From Macrostomum lignano (Eukaryota), in NCBI GenBank assembly GCA_002269645.1, contig NIVC01001639.1:154201-218200 (forward strand): DNA of 64,000 nt. Direction: 5' to 3'. Shown here one piece after another: positions 1 through 33,214 of the stretch; position 1 is the first letter of the stretch, and the number at the start of each line of letters is the position of its first letter. A program made the translations under genes and the position numbers. The notes beneath the pieces are model-generated. The model saw only the letters and a list, made by a program, of their open reading frames with translations. It searched no databases and had not been told where the DNA came from.

Positions 1-292
1 AGAGGTTCAGTTGTCACTGCAAAGCTCATGAGAGTCATAAGCATGAGATGAAGAGGTTCAGTTGTCACTGCAAAGCTCACGAGTCATAAGCATGAGATGA
101 AGAGGTTCAGTTGTCACTGCAAAGCTCACGAGAGTCATAAGCATGAGATGAAGAGGTTCAGTTGTCACTGCAAAGCTCACGAGAGTCATAAGCATGAGAT
201 GAAGAGGTTCAGTTGTCACTGCAAAGCTCATGAGAGTCATAAGCATGAGATGAAGAGGTTCAGTTTTCACTGCAGAGCTCATGAGTCATAAC
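1..292. repeat. ~50-bp minisatellite (about 6 copies, runs off window start)
   Basis: Unit agaggttcagttgtcactgcaaagctcatgagagtcataagcatgagatga repeated; explains ORFs 58..282 and 97..291. Confidence 0.95.
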
Positions 293-343
293 CATGAGAT
301 GTTGTCTTTACCCCGTACGTGTAAGAGATCGCCTCGACATGGT

Positions 344-540
344 TCATTTCTTCGACGCTATAATCACGTCAGCCATGGTGGCCAGGCCATTCTCCGCTTC
401 GCACTTCTGCCTGCTTGGCGTCCAGGTGCCAAAGTCAAGGTACAGTCTGTACTTCACTCCGCACAGGTCGATGAGTTTGTACACGTCAAGCAGCTGGTGA
501 TTGTGAAAGATTCTGTAGACTCTGTAGTGCGGCAAAAACT
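344..540 (-). CDS. Probable coding exon of an unidentified gene (...LLDVYKLIDLCGVKYRLYLDFGTWTPSRQKCEAENGLATMADVIIASKK*)
   Basis: Open frame with GC3-rich codons; an upstream donor (cat|gtaagt at 593/592) and a downstream donor-like ggg|gtaaag near 312; phases could not be reconciled; no family recognised. Confidence 0.3.
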
Positions 541-1109
541 TCAATTCTCTTCTTCCCCTTAAGTTAGTTGACTCGCACATATAGAAACTTACATGTACTT
601 TCTCCGAACAATTTTAACCGCCAGTCAGGCATATCGTTGTTTTACTATTTTCTTTTGCTGTTTTGGGGCTTGCGAACGAAAATTGGCCCGAGAGCTCTCG
701 TACGAGCAGCAAGGACTACTAGACAGTTAGGGTTATGACTAGCTAGAAATCAAACAGGTCTATAGGTCTATAAAGTATCTATTACTAGGTTCGGCCATCC
801 AAGTCGATAAACATTTGTCCTTAGTAATAGGCCTAGCCTAGTCATAAGTAATGTAAAAAACGGTAAATAACCTAATAATATGACTAAAAACCACAAAATA
901 ATATAATTTAGCTAAGTGTTTCTGGTTACATACTGCAAAATTTCGGAAATCAATAGCCATAGGCTTATGCAAACAGCACATTATGTTGAAAATCATGCAA
1001 TTCGTCTATCTCACTAATGTATACGAGAACTGAAATCGGCCTTCAACTATTTTTACACGAATCGAGAGTAAAAACGTCCTTATATAACGAAGTGTAAGTG
1101 TTCCTAGTG

Positions 1110-1500
1110 GTCCTTGACGAGCAGCTTCACAGGGACAGGACGGGCGCGCAGAACTGCCGTTAATCACGCACCGCGCCCCTCTCGCAGGCTCAGGAACGTC
1201 CTTCTGAACCAAAATCGAAAAGGATATTCCAGCCCTTGTCACGACCTTTACCGGCCATGGCCCATGGGCTACCTCGCCAGGCACTGCTTCATACGAGGCG
1301 ACCTCGAGAGTGAACTTGGCCCTTTCTGCGAGCACGACAACGAAGATGCTCAGCATTTTGTTTGTCACTGCCCTTTCTACGGCTAAGCTACCTCGGGTCG
1401 AACCAGTCCATTGATGAGGTCTGCCAGCCCGACAGCATCCCACATGGCTCATGCATCCAGCAGTTCCTTCAGGCCACAAGACGGGCCACTTTCTTCCCCA
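1110..1500 (+). mobile_element. Degenerate 3' remnant of a non-LTR retrotransposon ORF2 (post-RT zinc knuckle)
   Basis: Frameshifted ALVTTFTGHGP / PFCEHDNEDAQHFVCHCPFY / IQQFLQATRR resembles the LTGHG...CxxC..E...H..C.CP...FL..T.R C-terminus of LINE ORF2s. Confidence 0.65.
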
Positions 1501-2121
1501 CGGAAGATCACGCTGCAGGACGCACCGGCGGGCCACCTTGACCGGCCCCACACGCCTCTGCCTGTCTGTGGGCCTTCAGGGGCTAGCGGAATGGCGACCC
1601 TCGCCTCCCCGCTGTGTCTACGGACCACCCTGCAGCTAAGTCATGTAAGTCGTACGAGCAGAACTGTTGCCTCATCGATAGATACGACTACTGAGCCTTG
1701 ATGATTTGAGAATATTGATTTTCATTCCTTGCTATCTGCAAAGAAAAAACTTTCTCCAGTCCCATGTCTCGTGTTAAAAGAACTGACAAAGAAAGAAGTA
1801 ACAAAACACTTTACAATAACAGTTTTGGCTAAAGTTATAAGTAGCAGTCTAGAGAGTGTAGGCCAGGAGTCAATTGTGTGTTATGCCACACTGATTATAT
1901 TTGTTTCCTAGTAACTTATTGGACAAAACTATCAGAGAGATGGCCAGGTTGTTAATTTATTGGACTTGACCTCAAGGATGCACTTTTGCTATAGAGAGAG
2001 AAAGTTCTTTCTAATGCTAAATATATTGGTGCTTTAGAATTTTAACTTAATGTTTCTTATCAAATTTACTAACTTCTGTCAGGACAGAGTAAAGCTTCAT
2101 TGAAACAGCCGGATGAGCAAC

Positions 2122-2391
2122 TCAATGATGATCATCCAGGTGGATCTTATTAGGCGGAATCGCGTACGGATCAAAGAAGTTGATCAAGCGCCGGCCGCGG
2201 ATCTCCTTCCACTGGCGCCGGTTGTCCTCGGAGTCGAGTGCTTTGCGGATCTTGGCCAGCACGAAGATGGGCACCGGCAGGGTGTAAGTCATGAAGCGGA
2301 ACATTCGACTCTCGTTCCAGAATGCCCGCCAGGGAAAGTTTCTCACCTTGGCCAGGTAGGTATAGGGGAACACCATTGGACCGCCAGACAT
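2122..2391 (-). CDS. roh: Small 89-aa single-TM protein resembling Drosophila 'reduction of Rh1' (roh/CG30415) family
   Basis: MSGGPMVFPYTYLAKVRNFPW...TM...SEDNRRQWKEIR...DDHH matches the remembered PYT..AK...FP and C-terminal HH pattern; ATG at 2391 in a ctaaaATG context, preceded by acceptor tttttgcag, so the in-frame TTG at 2436 is probably not the start. Confidence 0.6.
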   Translation of the reverse strand: MSGGPMVFPYTYLAKVRNFPWRAFWNESRMFRFMTYTLPVPIFVLAKIRKALDSEDNRRQWKEIRGRRLINFFDPYAIPPNKIHLDDHH

Positions 2392-2710
2392 TTTAGAGGC
2401 TGTTTGCGGCTGCAAAAAGGTGAGATAAGTTGGCAATTAAGAGTTAAGGAATCCCGATCCCACCCAATACAGATAAAATAGTCTCTAGACATAGTAACTA
2501 ACTAAAGGTTTTGCCTCACAATGTGTCAAACTTTAACTTTAGCTTTGGTTTTCCAAAGTCGGCATCTTAATGTTAAAATCAGGATGCTAAATGGCACTTT
2601 GATGAGGGAGCAATCCATGTAAGGTTAAAGGTCAGCTGTCCCATAGTGAATATTAGAAGTCAAGGTCATGACAAATGTCACCTCTAATACCAAAATCATT
2701 AACTTCTACA

Positions 2711-3153
2711 CAGTGTTGGGCACCAGTCCATTAATAAGCGTTAATCCATTAATAAGCATTAAGATTTTTCAATAAAGTTAACGGAATGCCATTAAGATTT
2801 TTTTGAGCTAACGGATTAATGAATTTGCATTAAAAAATTGTGATTTAATGACAAATTCATTGTTAAAATTAATGACAATGTCAATGACCAAAGACACAAA
2901 GAAAGAACAAAAATATAAGTCTGAAAAGAAGTTACAACATTACGGATGTATTTGAATTTACCTAATTGCCTAATTAATCTCTTAATTGCCTAATGTATGA
3001 TGAAATCTGTTTTGGAAAAAGTGCAAGATTTCTGTATTTTCTGTGTTAACTTTAATGAAATTAAGAGTTAATAAGTTAAGATTTTCTTGTTTTAAAACTA
3101 AGGCTTTTGCCATTAACGGAAGTTAAGATTTTCATTAATGGTGCCCAACACTG
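2711..3153. mobile_element. Non-autonomous hAT-type MITE (443 bp)
   Basis: 14-bp TIRs cagtgttgggcacc (2711-2724) / ggtgcccaacactg (3140-3153); 8-bp TSD cttctaca / cttctata (1 mismatch). Confidence 0.85.
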
Positions 3154-4104
3154 CTTCTATAATAAGGCAACTATGATTTGTACTTTATTGAAAAATAAGC
3201 ACTAATTCAGCCAATTTAGTTGTTTAAATACTCCAAAAACATATAAGATAGTTAGATGTGTAGCTAATAAAGCCTACTAAGAATATTGTAGAATTAAAAC
3301 TCAAAACTTGTATTTTTGCCATAGCTCAAGGCTATAAGTGTATCCGCAAGATTAATAAGAGCTTAGCTTAATAAATATTAATGATATATACCTAGGGGAC
3401 TTTCTTAACTAATGCTAATATTTTGCAATAATATATTCACTAGATCTATAATTATAAAAAATGTATAATTAGATAATTAAAAAATGAATATTTTGCTTAG
3501 TCCCAATATAAATAATACCTAAGAATAGTCTCTTAGAATAAACAAACCTAAATACTATATGGTTATCTATCACATACTTCAAAATATTCAATCCTATAAT
3601 TTATAATGAACTATGCTTTCATAGGCACTAAGATGCAAAATCTTAGTTTCGGGGACCTAGTTTCTAGATATAATATTTGCTCATACAGATATAAGTTCTC
3701 TTTATGAACATGCAAAACTTACATGAATTTGGCAATACAAATGTCAGCCAATACACAAGTTGTATAGGCCTAAGTCGGTTCAAAATGGCAATCACTCATT
3801 CAACTTATTTGAAACATCTATACCTAGATCAAGTCTTAAAAATAATCTCAGAGTTTCTAAAATGCTACAAAGTCTTTATTTGTATATGTGCATATAAATA
3901 TATGACTTAGCCAGACAAATAACAACAATAGCTATTTATCTAGCTCAGCCAGAAAAATATTTATCCAGCTCAGCTGAAATAACAACATTAGCTATTTATT
4001 CAGCCTAGCTAAAAAAGAAATGAAAATGGCTATGTATACTGCCTAGTTGGACAAATAGCCATTACATTCTTTCTTTTGATACCATTCTATCTATCTATCT
4101 CGGG

Positions 4105-4288
4105 CATAGGGCAGCTATCTTGTCAGTGTGCCGTGCGGATAAGCAGAAAATTATTCGCACAGCATATGTAGAAGATAGGGCAGCTATCTCCTCAGTGTGC
4201 CATGCGGATAAGCAGAAAATTATTCGAACGGTACCGTTGGAATAAGACAGAAATTATTCCTACGGTACCATGGGGATAAGCACTGCCA
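4105..4288. mobile_element. Solitary terminus of a MULE-like element with internal subrepeats
   Basis: Ends in ataagcactgcc, identical to the right end of the 4469-5275 element; internal repeats of gataagcagaaaattattcg; no matching left end seen. Confidence 0.4.
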
Positions 4289-4468
4289 TTGGCATTAGTA
4301 TATTATAAATACAAAAAAAAGACAAAAAAACACAAGGCTAAGCAGCTAGAAGCCTTTATTAAGAAGCTAAGGCTGGGCCTAGTTGCCTTGAAACAAACCC
4401 TCAAAATAAAAAGGGCAAAAAATTAGGCATAGTTTAAAAATATTGATTAAAATAAAAGAGATAAAAAA

Positions 4469-5275
4469 GGCAGTGCTTATTTAGCCGGCACCGGTCGAAT
4501 AAGTTTGCTACTATTTAGCCGGCACCGGCCGAATAAGTTCGCCATTATTTAGCCGGCAGTCTTGCCCCACTGCCGGTCAAATAAGCTCGTCACTATTTAG
4601 CCGGCAGTCCTGCCCCACTGCCAGTCAAATAATCGCGTCACTATTTAGCCGGCAGTCCTGTCCCACTGCCGGTCAAATAAGCGCGTCACTATTTAGCCGG
4701 CAGTCCTGCCCCACTGCTGGTCAAATAATTGCGTCACTATTTAGCCGGCAGTCCTGGCCCCAATGGCCACGCTGTTCAAAATACATTTATACATTTTATA
4801 ACTGCGCACTGCTCGTCATGACCTTAAATTAATAATTTAACATACTACAAGCTAATTATTTATCCTACAATTTTGGAGTTTTTTGATTCAGAGATTAAAG
4901 TGAAAGTAAAACATGCATAATTAATTTTTTAATTGTTAATGTGTCTTCTGCTGCTACAAATAATTTCCGGAATATGCAAGACTTCCAGAAACAATTAAAC
5001 AAACTTGAAGGCAAGTAATAAATTGTACTGAATCTGCATTGATTTATATTCGCTTTACAGATTTATAAAGTTTAAATATCTCAAATAAATATATATATTG
5101 GCGTGGCCATTGGGGGCCAGGATTGCCGGCTAAATAGTGACGCAATTATTTGACCGGCAGTGGGGCAGGACTGCCGGCTAAATAGTGACGAGCTTATTTG
5201 ACCGGCAGTGGGGCAGGACTGCCGGCTAAATAGTAGCGAACTTATTCGGCCGGTGCCGGCTAAATAAGCACTGCC
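4469..5275. mobile_element. Mutator-like (MULE) foldback non-autonomous element, 807 bp
   Basis: Long TIRs starting ggcagtgcttatttagccggcaccgg and ending ccggtgccggctaaataagcactgcc, built of ~36-bp subrepeats; perfect 9-bp TSD gataaaaaa (4460-4468 / 5276-5284). Confidence 0.9.
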
Positions 5276-8200
5276 GATAAAAAATATATACTATAGTAGA
5301 ATGGTTAACAGTATTCTAATTTTTTCACTCAGTAGAATAGGCCTACCTAAAACTAAATTTAAACTAAAGCATACATCATACATGTAACAATAACATGATA
5401 GTTTCTTGATTTGGCTTTTTTATAATTGGAATGCAATGCAAAAGCAAACTGGGGCCTATATGATGCCCTAGACTAGTAATACATTAATATTAATCCAACC
5501 AATCGTCAAGTGTTCTTCGGATTGTAGAATACGTACGTCAATTGGAAAAAGTTACGATGTATCAAATTTTTACTCAAAAGCTTCGTCTACAAAATCTATA
5601 ATAAATGCCCTAAATACGGTGCTGTACCTAAAATACAAAATACTTGTTTATCTAATGCTTTTTTGCACAATTTTGATATGCATTTTATTATCATGTTTTT
5701 GAACTAAGAACCCAACTTCTGATATTAAACAGGTAGACTTAGTATTAAAACAAGGTAGTATTGTACTAATAAAATGAAATAAACCCTTAAATTGTATCTA
5801 AAATTTTTGCTTTCCGCAATAACTACTTCTTATATATAGAATATATTTTCTGATTAGTACAGATTGATTGGTGGTAAAGAAACGAGTGATGAAAGCCATG
5901 CCTTGATCCGGGCTTGATGCCTACCTAAGCCTTGAAGGTTTCTAAATCTAAACAAATACAAAATACAAGACTTTATTAACCATTGCTATGTAATGTATGG
6001 GCAGTTTGGCACAATCATGCATGCATGCATCAACAACAACATTACCCTTAGCTTATTAGAAGTCATGGCATCCTTATCAGATAACATTTGTGCCAATGCC
6101 AAGAATTCCCATAGTAGCCATAGCTGCCATAGGACTAGGGTAGGGCATAGCTAATAAGCTAACTGCCAACTATTGTTTTAAGTAATTAAGTTAAGCATAT
6201 CACTTTTGTTATAGACTAAATCTATTTTGAAAATATGTTTGCCTATGAATCTTTTGATAGTCAGATTGCTATATTCTATTTTTTTATCTTGGATAATTGA
6301 TGACAATGACAGAGTCTTTGTACCAGTCATTTTGATGACAAGTCGTTTTGGTAACAGACGTTTTTTTGACAATTAGTTGTTTTGGTAACAAGTTGCTTTT
6401 GTGATAGACACACTTCATTTTTAATAATAAATCAAAGATTTCATGAGTATTGTCATTTTAGTGATAAGAGGCACTTCATAATATTAAGTTTGTGGTTATT
6501 TTGTTAAAATTTATGTTTGATAATATATTTAAAAATTTTTGTTGAAAGAATATAATATTTAAGAAAAGAAATCAAACTAATTATATTGTTTTCTTCCTAT
6601 GCAAATTGTTTTAAATTGTCCTAGAGTATTCAGACACAAAGACCATAAACTTATAGAGAATCCTCATGAAATGCAGACCGCTAGAAAAGCATGGATAAAA
6701 AGCAAAAGCAACAAAACAAAAATAAAACATAATGATCAAATATTTTATTTTTTATTATCATATAAAGGATGTCTAAAAATAGTGTTATAAACAATAAACA
6801 GTAAACACTTACAAATAATACAATTAGAATTAGTACGTTAAAGACAAGCAAGCAAGCATACAAACCTTAGAGATTTAGTATATTTAGATTACATTTTTTA
6901 TAATTTTATATTATTATATTTTTATATAGGCCTAAGTATTATATTTTTAGTGTTTTTTTACTTGTAGACAAGACATTTAGCAAAATTTGCATTGACAAAG
7001 GCTTGTTTGAAAACAGCAAGTCTTACAACTGCCATTGATTTAAATTTATATTTTAAGAGATATGAGCATTTAATCAGAGTGAGATTGTTCATAGACTTTG
7101 AGAAGCTTAAATATTGGCTAAAATTAGCATGCTACTTAGTAGCAATCAATATTTTTATATAAATAAGTTGTTTTAATGGTCAAAAGCAACACAGTAAAAA
7201 GCTTTTTCAAAAGACTATAGTTGCATCTTTTGTATTAAAATATTTTTACTATTGTTCAATTTTTATTTGTCAATTATTATATTAAAAAACTAGGGAACAA
7301 TATGCCATCTTTTTCTTTTAGAGCTCTAAGTATATATTAGCTAATATTCACAGGCAATTCTGCATTGCATATGGTAACTATTCCATTAGCAAGATGACAA
7401 TAAACAAGTAAGTAAAAGAGTTCAATGATAAAAGAACTCATATATAGGCAACATGTCAAGGTTTGGATGCCTTGAGATCTGTGGCAATGGTAACCTGATC
7501 ATATTCTTGACTTGATCAATTAAGAGTGAAGACTGCAAAAAAGCATTAGCAAAATGGTTGATTGACTAGATTGCTTAAAGTCCATAGTCTATGAATATCT
7601 ATAGAAGATAGATCATGTCAAACTGAATGCCTATTGGGTTTCTTAATTGCTCATTGAGGACATGAAACTAGATTGTTTGTCTAGAAGCTTGGATCTACAA
7701 GTTCTATAAGTCTTTGACTAATATCCTTCTAATGGAGATATCTCTTGAAATAAAAATCCAAATCAATTATAGTTTAAGTCATTTTATAAAGAAAATATTT
7801 GCCACTTTCAAGCAAAACTAAACTTATGTCAATGCAACTTATCAAAGTGACCCAAATCAAGGTAGGCTAGGATAATAAATATCTTAGATAACAAAAATCA
7901 TTAGGAACTTAATTAAATTAGATATAGGTCATCTTGTCTATTGTTAGTTTATCTACTAAAGTCCATGCTAGGGTAGATAGTTTGTTTGCTATTATGTTTA
8001 AAGTAAACAATAGCTAGCAATAAAGTAGTAAAATGTATTTTGGCACAAAAAGCAGAATTTTCATTGAAATAGAAGCTATTTTTATTTCTATTTGTTATTG
8101 ATTGCTTTCTTTGTGAAGATAAATATAGAAGTTAGTAGTTAGAAGCTTTGAATTTGTTTTAATAAAATATAGACTTCTATAGTTAGATTAGATTATTTCT

Positions 8201-8990
8201 ATTATTAGATTAGAAGGGGGGCAGTTTTCATTTGGAATATGAATGAATCAATTGTATGTATAATAAAGTGAAGGAATAAATTAAGTTGCTAACCAACCAT
8301 TGAATATTTTTTAATTGCTACATCAAGTAATTAGCACCCTTACCATTAAATATTTAGTCTATAAGACAAATTCAAAGTAGACAAAAGAACTATAGCCCCA
8401 AATCTAGGCTTATGGTATATAAAAATTACCTGAAATATATATTTCATATTTTCTTAAATATTTCAATAGTTGTAAAACAAAAATAACTTTCAATAGATGC
8501 TAAAAATAAATGGTTTTTACCATGTGCATGCTATTATTTTATAAAATATTATTGATCTTTTCAATTATTCATATAGTTAATAAGGCAATGCAAATAATAT
8601 ATTTTATCTCTGGTTTATTCTAAGAATGGTTTGTTAAACTAAACTAAATTGAAAGCCATATTGAATGGGAAATATTTTGACAATTTTTTAATACTTATAA
8701 AACAGTTATGAATATCTTAAACTTTAACAAGTTAAGGTAATGGGAATTGAAAGGTTAAATTGTGCTAGATTGTTCTTTAGGTGCCTAAAGCCTTTTTATT
8801 GCTATTAGCTCTAGGGCCTTAATTCTACCAAAGTGTGCAACCAATTTTTGAATTGCATTAGATTGCTATATATACTTAGCATATACACACTGTGTAGGGT
8901 GCTATTGGGGCACCATCTCAAAACAGATCTTTGGACTTTCTGTGTACTATTGTATACATTGTGTACTATTAAAAAATTCATGGTCAATCT

Positions 8991-9317
8991 ATGTCAGGTA
9001 GAATCATAGTTGGCGCCATTGTTCTAGTTGTATCTGTGGGCGCCAGCGTGTACTATTATTTGCGCTCTCGCAGGCCCCAGGCACAAGCGCAGGCTCAAGG
9101 CCTCAGTCTCAGCCTCAGCTCTTCAAGCCGCGGTGACACAAAGGAGGTGTCCGAGCAGCTCCAGTGCGTTGTCTGCTTGGATAGAGAGCGCAATATTATG
9201 CTGCAGCCGTGTAATCATTTCTGTCTGTGCGATGCCTGCCATCAGAGATTAAAGCGCCGGGTTTGTCCGATTTGCAACCGGCCGATCGCTTCTGTGCTGC
9301 CAGTCTTTGTGTCCTAA
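8991..9317 (+). CDS. 108-aa membrane-anchored C3HC4 RING finger protein (putative E3 ubiquitin ligase; MUL1/RNF26/IAP-type RING)
   Basis: N-terminal hydrophobic helix IIVGAIVLVVSVGASVYYYL followed by a basic stop-transfer; CVVC-x11-PCNHFCLCDAC-x8-CPIC RING ending at the C-terminus; intronless. Confidence 0.85.
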   Translation: MSGRIIVGAIVLVVSVGASVYYYLRSRRPQAQAQAQGLSLSLSSSSRGDTKEVSEQLQCVVCLDRERNIMLQPCNHFCLCDACHQRLKRRVCPICNRPIASVLPVFVS

Positions 9318-9544
9318 ATTTCACCGACTGAACTCTTTGGCTCATATTATACCTTTTTTCAGATCTATTTATCCAGTTCGGTTTTGAAATCTAGTTTCTA
9401 CATTTTTGGTTGCAGCATAATTTAAATTGATGTTTCATGATTTTGTTGCAACTGCCCACTGCCCAATCAGATGCTTACAGTGGGCAGTTGCAACAGAATC
9501 ATGAAACATCAATTTAAATTTATCAATTTAAACAAAATCATGAA

Positions 9545-9765
9545 ACAATTCAACATCAATATCTGATTGGGCAGTGGGTAGCTGCAACTGCCCACTGTAA
9601 GCATCTGATTGGGCAGTGGGCAGTTGCAGCTGCCCACTGTAAGCATCTGATTGGGCAGTGGGCAGTTGCAGCTGCCCACTGTAAGCATCTGATTGGGCAG
9701 TGGGCAGTTGCTGCTGTCCACTGTAAAAATCTGATTGGGCAGTGGGCAGTTGCTGCTGCCCACTG
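9545..9765. repeat. 42-bp minisatellite with internal inverted cccactg/cagtggg
   Basis: Unit gcagttgcagctgcccactgtaagcatctgattgggcagtgg, about 5 copies. Confidence 0.9.
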
Positions 9766-10244
9766 AGTGACAAACTCGAAAGTGACAATAACTAGCTCTA
9801 GAGGCCTGTATATTGACGTCTATTTGTATTTATTCGTGTATTAACATTTTTCTTTCATATTTTTAAATCAGTAGAGGACCTACTATGTTAATAGAAACTG
9901 TAAAATATTGTGCGTACACAGAATTTCAATTCTGCCGCCGTTTAAAATCTGTATATTTGTCTTAGTAACGAAAATACACTACTTGCAGTAGGCGATAAAT
10001 TTCGAAACCTTTGAGTTGATTTCATTATTAGATTTATTTGTTGTTTCCTACATGTAGATATTAAGATGACTGCTTTTACAAAGTTTATGATAGATGTAGT
10101 TTGGGGTAGTTTTCAGCGAATGCTTCAAGTTTCCTTACTATATTAGGGAAGTGTCCCCAGAATTCCCTCCTGTAGTTACCCAAACTATTAAATATGCCCT
10201 TTTGTAGTCTGTTTTAGCCGTTTTTCCAGCTTTTGAAAGTTTGA

Positions 10245-10745
10245 GCTTGTGAAGCTTCCAGTTTGTGAAGTTTCAAGTTTGTGAAGTTTCAAGTTTGTAA
10301 AGTTTCGAGTTTGTGAAGTTTCAAGTTTGTAAAGTTTCAAGTTTGTAAAGTTTCGAGTTTGTGAAGCTTCGAGCTTGTGAAGTTTCGAGTTTGTGAAGTT
10401 TCGAGTTTGTGAAGTTTCAAGTTTGTAAAGTTTCGAGTTTGTGAAGCTTCGAGCTTGTAAAGTTTCGAGTTTGTGAAGCTTCGAGCTTGTGAAGTTTCGA
10501 GTTTGTGAAGTTTCAAGTTTGTGAAGTTTCGAGTTTGTGAAGGTTCCAGTTTGTGAAGCTTCGAGCTTGTGAAGTTTCGAGTTTGTGAAGGTTCCAGCTT
10601 GTGAAGTTTCGAGTTTGTGAAGTTTCGAGCTTATGAAGTTTCAAGTTTGTAAAGCTTCGAGCTTGTGAAGGTTCCAGTTTGTGAAGCTTCGAGCTTGTGA
10701 AGTTTCGAGTTTGTGAAGTTTCGAGCTTATGAAGTTTCGGGCTTG
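10245..10745. repeat. 16-bp minisatellite (aagtttcgagtttgtg)
   Basis: Direct inspection; paralogous array at 12545-12790. Confidence 0.95.
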
Positions 10746-10984
10746 TAAAAGTGTCTTTGGCATCACAACTCTACTATAACTTTCCTCATATTCCATTTTA
10801 TTGAACACTTCAACACGTAAAGAAGCTGCACTTTATATATGTATGAATAGATTTGGAGAGCACAGTGGAATCTCGGAGGGTAGCTAATCTATTTGAGAGA
10901 ATTTCAGGATTGAAGTGCTACTGCAAATTCTTTGATTGCTACTAACAGTAGGCAAATGTCAACAGTAATAATCAATAATCTTGA

Positions 10985-12190
<1,206 letters not shown>

Positions 12191-12544
12191 TAGTAGCTCT
12201 AAAGCTGTATATTGCAGCAGCCAAATATAGCTGATCTTTGCTATCACTGAGCTCATTATATTCGAGTATGAACCTGTCTTTCTTTCATATATTTTTAAAT
12301 CAGTAGCTGACCTATTCTGTTAATAGAAACAGGAAAAGTACTCGTATTTGTGCTTAAAGAGTTTCAATGCTTGCATCTTTTAAAATTTCTGTTTAGTAAT
12401 GAAAATACACTGCTTGCAGTTTTGTGTGAAAGCAAAAATATTTTCGAATCCTTTGAGTGATTTTATTTAATTTGTGTTTCTTAGATATTGAGATTAATGC
12501 TTTTTACAAAGTTTAGGATAGATGTAATTTGGGGTGTTCTCTGT

Positions 12545-12790
12545 GAAAGTTTCAAGTTTGTGAAGTTTCAAGTTTGTGAAGTTTCTAGTTTGTGAAGTTT
12601 CTAGTTTATAAAGTTTCTAGTTTGTGAAGTTTCTAGTTCGTCAAGTTTTTGGTTTGTGAAGTTTCTAGTTTGTGAAGTTTCTAGTTTATAAAGTTTCTAG
12701 TTTGTGAAGTTTTTAGTTTGTGAAGTTTCTAGTTTATAAAGTTTCTAGTTTGTGAAGTTTCTAGTTCGTCAAGTTTTTGGTTTGTGAAGC
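12545..12790. repeat. 16-bp minisatellite (aagtttctagtttgtg)
   Basis: Direct inspection. Confidence 0.95.
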
Positions 12791-12950
12791 TTCTACGAGT
12801 AGTTTAAGTCAGAGGGTAACCAGTCTATAGCCGCTAGCCAGAGAATTGTCGGGTTAAAGTACTACTGCAAATTCTTAGGTTGCTACTATCAGTAGGCAAG
12901 CGCGAAAAGTAATATCTAGTATTTAAGCAGATGCTGATCTGTTTTTATTC

Positions 12951-33053
<20,103 letters not shown>

Positions 33054-33214
33054 CCTATCAATGGGTTCTGAATGCCCCGGTCTTCAAGCTTTTGTAGTTT
33101 TTGTTTCTAGATGTTGCTTGACTTTACCTGATAGTTCACCTGATAATGAATGGCTCATCTGGGTTTTATCTAGCTGGGTTTGCGTGAGTTCGCCTGGTGG
33201 TTTAATTAGCTCAC

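Noticed and set aside
330-350. Selenocysteine readthrough or antizyme-like frameshift at AAA-TGA
   Set aside because: No antizyme or selenoprotein motif and no SECIS could be recognised
7450-7900. Assigning the stop-riddled coding-like text to a MULE transposase
   Set aside because: The resemblance is too weak by eye; it needs back-mutation and a profile search
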